A stretch of DNA of 64,000 nt, from the IMG/VR virus record IMGVR_UViG_3300017911_002158, positions 1 to 64,000 of that record. One strand, 5' to 3'. The position numbers and the translations under genes are program-made. The notes below the pieces were generated by a model, which made no database searches, was not told the DNA's origin, and worked only from the letters and a program-made list of their open reading frames with translations. The stretch comes from a virus (lineage: Duplodnaviria; Caudoviricetes). Each line of letters opens with the position of its first letter. Position 1 is the first letter of the stretch. Below, piece by piece: positions 60,670 through 64,000 of the stretch.

Positions 60670-61114
60670 TGACTCTTTTCATTATGCTAATTGCTAGTGC
60701 CATTGCGTTTTCTCTATTACCACAAAAATGCGTTTGTATGCCATATATGGTATTAATTTCAGTTATATATTTTAGCAGATATAAGGGTGTGATACGAAGG
60801 TTTTTCCATAATTTTGGGGGTATGCCACTATTGCGGGGAAATTGTAATATGTCATATAGGTCAAATTCAAATAGTATATGTTTATGGGGATATCCTGCCA
60901 TTCGGTCTAGTACGTCTTTAAATCTTTTTTCAGTTATATTATTGGACACTTCATTGACGCTACTTTTACGCTCAATACATAATAGGTTCTCAAGGCCCGC
61001 TATGCTATAATCGCCCGTGTCTAATTTCGCCTTGGTTATATTAAAGTTATCATTAAAGTCCCACGGTTTCTGTTCCCTGGTATCTACGATAATGTCGAAG
61101 TATTTATTTTTCAT
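60647..61114 (-). CDS. ERCC4-domain nuclease
   Basis: IIVDTREQKP..LDTGDYS..IERKS. Confidence 0.88.
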   Translation of the reverse strand: MKNKYFDIIVDTREQKPWDFNDNFNITKAKLDTGDYSIAGLENLLCIERKSSVNEVSNNITEKRFKDVLDRMAGYPHKHILFEFDLYDILQFPRNSGIPPKLWKNLRITPLYLLKYITEINTIYGIQTHFCGNRENAMALAISIMKRVNEQQNRK

Positions 61115-61374
61115 GATTGTTTGGCCGCCACGATTTTAAAAAACAAAGGAGCATAGCCATCTTCATTTCCATGAATAAAATTATGATGTCTGCGGCATAA
61201 AGTAATTCCATTATTAGGATTAAATCTTAAGCCAGGATAATCGCTCCATCTTCTTATATGATGCGCGTTAAGATATTTTTTACCTCCACACTTTGGCCAC
61301 TGACAGGTATATCTGTCCCTCTTGTATACTTGGGCCCGCCAGTTCTTATAATTGTTATCAATCGGACGAGTCAT
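61111..61374 (-). CDS. HNH endonuclease
   Basis: RDRYTCQWPKC..AHHI..NGITLCRRHH. Confidence 0.9.
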   Translation of the reverse strand: MTRPIDNNYKNWRAQVYKRDRYTCQWPKCGGKKYLNAHHIRRWSDYPGLRFNPNNGITLCRRHHNFIHGNEDGYAPLFFKIVAAKQS

Positions 61375-62182
61375 GTTTACTTACCGCCTCTGGAGTTAAG
61401 AATGGCATATCCGCACTTTTATCTTGATATACATGAACATCTTCTAAATCATCAATATGTTTTCTGACACTCATACTCATAATTTCCATTTGACGACCTT
61501 CGGCCTCTCGTATCTTTTCGTCCTCCAACATGCGAAGCAAACCTGTCCAACTACTTTTGCCGTCCTCGATTCTTTTGATTCTTTGTTCTCTAGTGGCTTT
61601 GAGATCTTTGCTTATTTTTTGTTGTTCTGCAAGGAGTTTGGTATATTCGTTTGTATAAGATGTGATGCTATTGCGGGCGAAACTTAATTGGGTTTCTAGA
61701 TTGGTTAAGTATGCATTATCACGGTCTTCTTCTTGTTTTAGGTATTCGTCGTCTACCATCTTTTGAATTCGTTCAGTGTCTGCTATGTGGCGTTTGCGCT
61801 CTTTCATAGATCGGTTGATAAGAATGTCTATAGTGATAAATTGTTTAATTTGTAGTTCCTCTGCTGGTAACACATCTTCCCGGAATTGTTTAATAAGGCC
61901 GATCCATGTGTCTTCGAAATATTTTAATTCTCCAGTATCAGCGTCAAACTGACGTTCTATTTCGCTCCAGAAAGTTTTTTTGTGAAGTTTGTGTCTTAAG
62001 TATTTGGTGTCTTCGTCAGAGTCTTCTTCTCCTGCTAGTAGATGGTTGTCTTCTATAAATCTTTCTATAGGAGCAACGCTTCTGTTTAGATACTCTGCTA
62101 TTTCTTCAACACTGTCTTTTTTAAAGTGATCACGAATATGTTTTTGTTCGCTAAGACTTAGCTGGCCTCTTTTTTTACTCAT
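61358..62182 (-). CDS. Hypothetical helical protein, candidate terminase small subunit
   Basis: N-terminal HTH (SVEEIAEYLNRS) plus coiled coil; upstream of terL. Confidence 0.4.
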   Translation of the reverse strand: MSKKRGQLSLSEQKHIRDHFKKDSVEEIAEYLNRSVAPIERFIEDNHLLAGEEDSDEDTKYLRHKLHKKTFWSEIERQFDADTGELKYFEDTWIGLIKQFREDVLPAEELQIKQFITIDILINRSMKERKRHIADTERIQKMVDDEYLKQEEDRDNAYLTNLETQLSFARNSITSYTNEYTKLLAEQQKISKDLKATREQRIKRIEDGKSSWTGLLRMLEDEKIREAEGRQMEIMSMSVRKHIDDLEDVHVYQDKSADMPFLTPEAVSKHDSSD

Positions 62183-62810
62183 AACTATTTAGTATCTCTT
62201 TAATGTTTTGCAGAAGAAGGGAGTTATACTTTTTGGGGATCTTTTGTCCATAAAGAATCATAAGGTAATATTTACGAAGTTCTACTTTAATGTGGGGATC
62301 TATCTTTTTTAATATTTCTTGGTTTTGTATACTAGAGATAAAATCTAATTCAGGGTTTTGTATACTCTCTGCTTTTTCTGTGTGGCTAACCTGCATAAGG
62401 TTCTTTTTGTTGTTATTTTTAACGTACCAATTATTGTATAGGGTGCAATTAGTTTTACAGTTGAACTGGGTGCATTGACTAGTGCTTTTTGCATAGTCTT
62501 TGTCATAAAACTCGCAGGTGCTGCAAGGAAGATCTGGTCTTTGATATTTGTCTCGTTTGAAATTAAAAAGACGATTGCGAATGTGGGTCCAAAGAAAATT
62601 TTCTAGGGGTTTGCTAGTGTCATAATTTTCTAGTCCTTGCAAGGCAAAAATGTATGCTTGCTGTTTCATATCTTCTATGTCATGATAGCCAAATCTAAAT
62701 TTATGAAGCAGCTTGTAACAGATTTTATCTATAGTTTCAAGAAAGTGTTTCTCTGTTACTTTGTCTAAGATCATCTTTTCCTTGGGTTTCTTCTTGGTTC
62801 GTTGTGCCAT
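62175..62810 (-). CDS. Phage sigma factor (sigma-70 region 2) with Cys-rich insertion
   Basis: DIEDMKQQAYIFALQGLENYD..LENFLWTHIRNRLFNFKR; followed by CSTC..C..C..C. Confidence 0.75.
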   Translation of the reverse strand: MAQRTKKKPKEKMILDKVTEKHFLETIDKICYKLLHKFRFGYHDIEDMKQQAYIFALQGLENYDTSKPLENFLWTHIRNRLFNFKRDKYQRPDLPCSTCEFYDKDYAKSTSQCTQFNCKTNCTLYNNWYVKNNNKKNLMQVSHTEKAESIQNPELDFISSIQNQEILKKIDPHIKVELRKYYLMILYGQKIPKKYNSLLLQNIKEILNSYE

Positions 62811-62922
62811 CTAGTAGCTCCGCTATGCTTTTTCCATCGGGCAGATGCAGTTCAGCCTCTGATGGATGAGTGTCTGGGTTTCCTGTTACTTTAAGTGATG
62901 ATGCTGCGAAAATATGGTCCAT
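62737..62922 (-). CDS. Small acidic hypothetical protein
   Basis: CAGGAG RBS directly downstream of the promoter; overlaps the sigma gene start. Confidence 0.5.
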   Translation of the reverse strand: MDHIFAASSLKVTGNPDTHPSEAELHLPDGKSIAELLDGTTNQEETQGKDDLRQSNRETLS

Positions 62923-62951
62923 AGTTTCTCCTGCAATAGTATTATAATGGT

Positions 62952-62979
62952 ATTATAGAATCTATACACCAAAAGTCAA
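62952..62979 (-). promoter_or_regulatory. Sigma-70-type promoter with embedded GGTGTATA late motif
   Basis: Minus strand TTGACT-16 nt-TATAAT. Confidence 0.7.
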
Positions 62980-63064
62980 GTTTCATTAATATGTGTATCT
63001 TAGTGTTAATCTTTATGGTTTAGGTATTACATTTTAGGATAGTTGGGCTTGCTATGTTAGTACC

Positions 63065-63226
63065 ACCCCCCGCAATTTGGGGGGTACCCCACCAATGGGG
63101 GGGAAATGAAAAAACCCCCCTAGATAGGGGGAATATCACAACACGATACCCTACCGATAAGGGGTGCAGCAAAATGCAATGCAAAATGCAAAAAACGATG
63201 CAAAATGCTACACCTACCAATGGGGG
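63065..63226. repeat. Array of C-run/G-run palindromes and GCAAAATGC repeats
   Basis: ACCCCCC-GCAATTT-GGGGGGT, CCCCA-CCAA-TGGGG, CCCCCTA-GA-TAGGGGG, CCCT-ACCGATA-AGGG, CCTACCAATGGGG; GCAAAATGC x3. Confidence 0.8.
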
Positions 63227-63276
63227 ATACGATACGAAAAACCCTATTTTTATAGGCTCAAAAATTTTTTTCCGAA

Positions 63277-63292
63277 TGGCACGCCGATTGCA
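63277..63292 (+). promoter_or_regulatory. Sigma-54 (RpoN) -24/-12 consensus
   Basis: TGGCACGCCGATTGCA matches TGGCACG-N4-TTGCW. Confidence 0.65.
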
Positions 63293-63340
63293 CTATATTC
63301 TGGCATGGAAAACGGAAGAAAAAAAATCGAAAAAAATCTC

Positions 63341-63368
63341 TTGACGATTCAAGATTCGATGCTAAACT
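63341..63368 (+). promoter_or_regulatory. Sigma-70-type promoter with extended -10 and upstream A-tracts
   Basis: TTGACG-16 nt-TAAACT, preceded by TG-N; A-tracts at about 63319-63336. Confidence 0.6.
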
Positions 63369-63409
63369 TCCGATATAGAAAACAGACCTTTACTTTGGAG
63401 ATTGAAAAA

Positions 63410-63562
63410 ATGGAATTGGAAATTGTGACCGTTTACGTTTCGGATTGCTGCGGTGCATATCTTGATGATGCCCACGTTCAACATGGCATCTGCCACGATT
63501 GCGGTGAGCATTGCGAAATTATCACCGAAGAATATCCTGCCACCCCCGTTTGTGGGGGGTGA
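63410..63562 (+). CDS. Small Zn-finger protein (50 aa), probable early gene
   Basis: GGAG RBS; SDCCGA...GICHDCGEHC. Confidence 0.7.
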   Translation: MELEIVTVYVSDCCGAYLDDAHVQHGICHDCGEHCEIITEEYPATPVCGG

Positions 63563-63611
63563 AAATAGAATAGACTGCCGATAGACTAGACTAGTTCGCC
63601 ACCACCATAGG

Positions 63612-64000
63612 ATGAAAAAAATGTTCACGCTTACCGATCTAGCAGAAATCAAAACGGAAATTTTCGGAGACCGTCAAGAACTGTACAGCGTAGAAAAAAA
63701 TGCAGTCAGTTTCGGATTGTCTCTTTTGAGCAATCTCGACCGGGGAACCGCTTGCGAAAAATACTTGTGTCGCACAATGAACGCCCACGGAATCGACGCC
63801 ACCCATATGGGGGGTTCGGGCAATAGTAACGATATGTCCCTCTATGTAGGGGGTCGCATAGTCCGGGGTGAGAGCAAGTCTAGTCTGTTAGGCCCGCAGT
63901 CAGGGAAGTACTACTTTATAGGGGTCAAGCCAGAATTGTTTGACATTCTGTTTTTCTGCTTTGTTCACCCCACCAAAGGGGTAGTCGTCAAAACCGCTAG
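63612..64000 (+). CDS. PD-(D/E)xK restriction-endonuclease-like protein, truncated by window end (absent from the ORF track)
   Basis: Manual translation MKKMFTLTDL...RGTACEKYL...NSNDMSL...RGESKSS...FDILFF shows an E, D, ExK arrangement. Confidence 0.6.
   Translation, partial: MKKMFTLTDLAEIKTEIFGDRQELYSVEKNAVSFGLSLLSNLDRGTACEKYLCRTMNAHGIDATHMGGSGNSNDMSLYVGGRIVRGESKSSLLGPQSGKYYFIGVKPELFDILFFCFVHPTKGVVVKTA

Noticed and set aside
63065-63226. CRISPR mini-array
   Set aside because: The repeats are short, degenerate and irregularly spaced, without 30-40 nt unique spacers; no cas genes.
63020-63409. ORFs 63020-63220, 63054-63344 and the N-terminal extension 63164-63409
   Set aside because: They run through the palindrome/promoter region without an RBS; the real gene most likely starts at ATG 63410.
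1-64000. Stop-codon reassignment, tRNA/rRNA genes, integrase or IS elements
   Set aside because: Genes are long and tightly packed under the standard code with all three stops used. No RNA genes or transposases were recognised by eye; tRNAscan/Infernal were not run.

Overview
This window is a 64-kb, AT-rich segment of a large tailed dsDNA phage. It looks siphovirus-like (no sheath gene recognised) and uses the standard genetic code; the host is unknown. The left arm (1-9.2 kb, + strand) holds the C-terminus of a DnaE-type polymerase, SSB, a glycosyltransferase/pseudo-enzyme cluster, a Vsr/DUF559-type endonuclease, a probable Rad52-like annealing protein, a Zn-ribbon protein and a Cys-rich mosaic protein. 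The long minus-strand block (62.9 to 9.3 kb) is the morphogenesis module. In order it carries a sigma-70 region-2 factor, HNH and ERCC4 nucleases, terminase, portal, prohead protease with a nested scaffold, decoration and major capsid proteins, a fibre cassette, neck genes, a tail tube and its paralog, a 3207-aa tape measure protein (TMP), tail-tip proteins and a cadherin-repeat adhesin. The right end (63.0-64.0 kb) is a divergent, GC-shifted control region with C/G palindromes and consensus sigma-54 and sigma-70 promoters. The most notable observations are: (1) the TMP is built like a cargo polyprotein, with GG-ending motifs and four D-x-x-x-A-x-L-[TS]-x-G-E-x-V units bracketing an ADP-ribosyltransferase-like and a PD-(D/E)xK-like domain; (2) exposed virion proteins are strongly enriched in [S/T]-G dipeptides, alongside phage glycosyltransferases; (3) a GGTGTA motif recurs about 40 nt upstream of late genes, paired with a phage sigma factor; (4) a sigma-54 promoter has upstream palindromes. 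All functional calls come from reading motifs by eye; no database searches were run.
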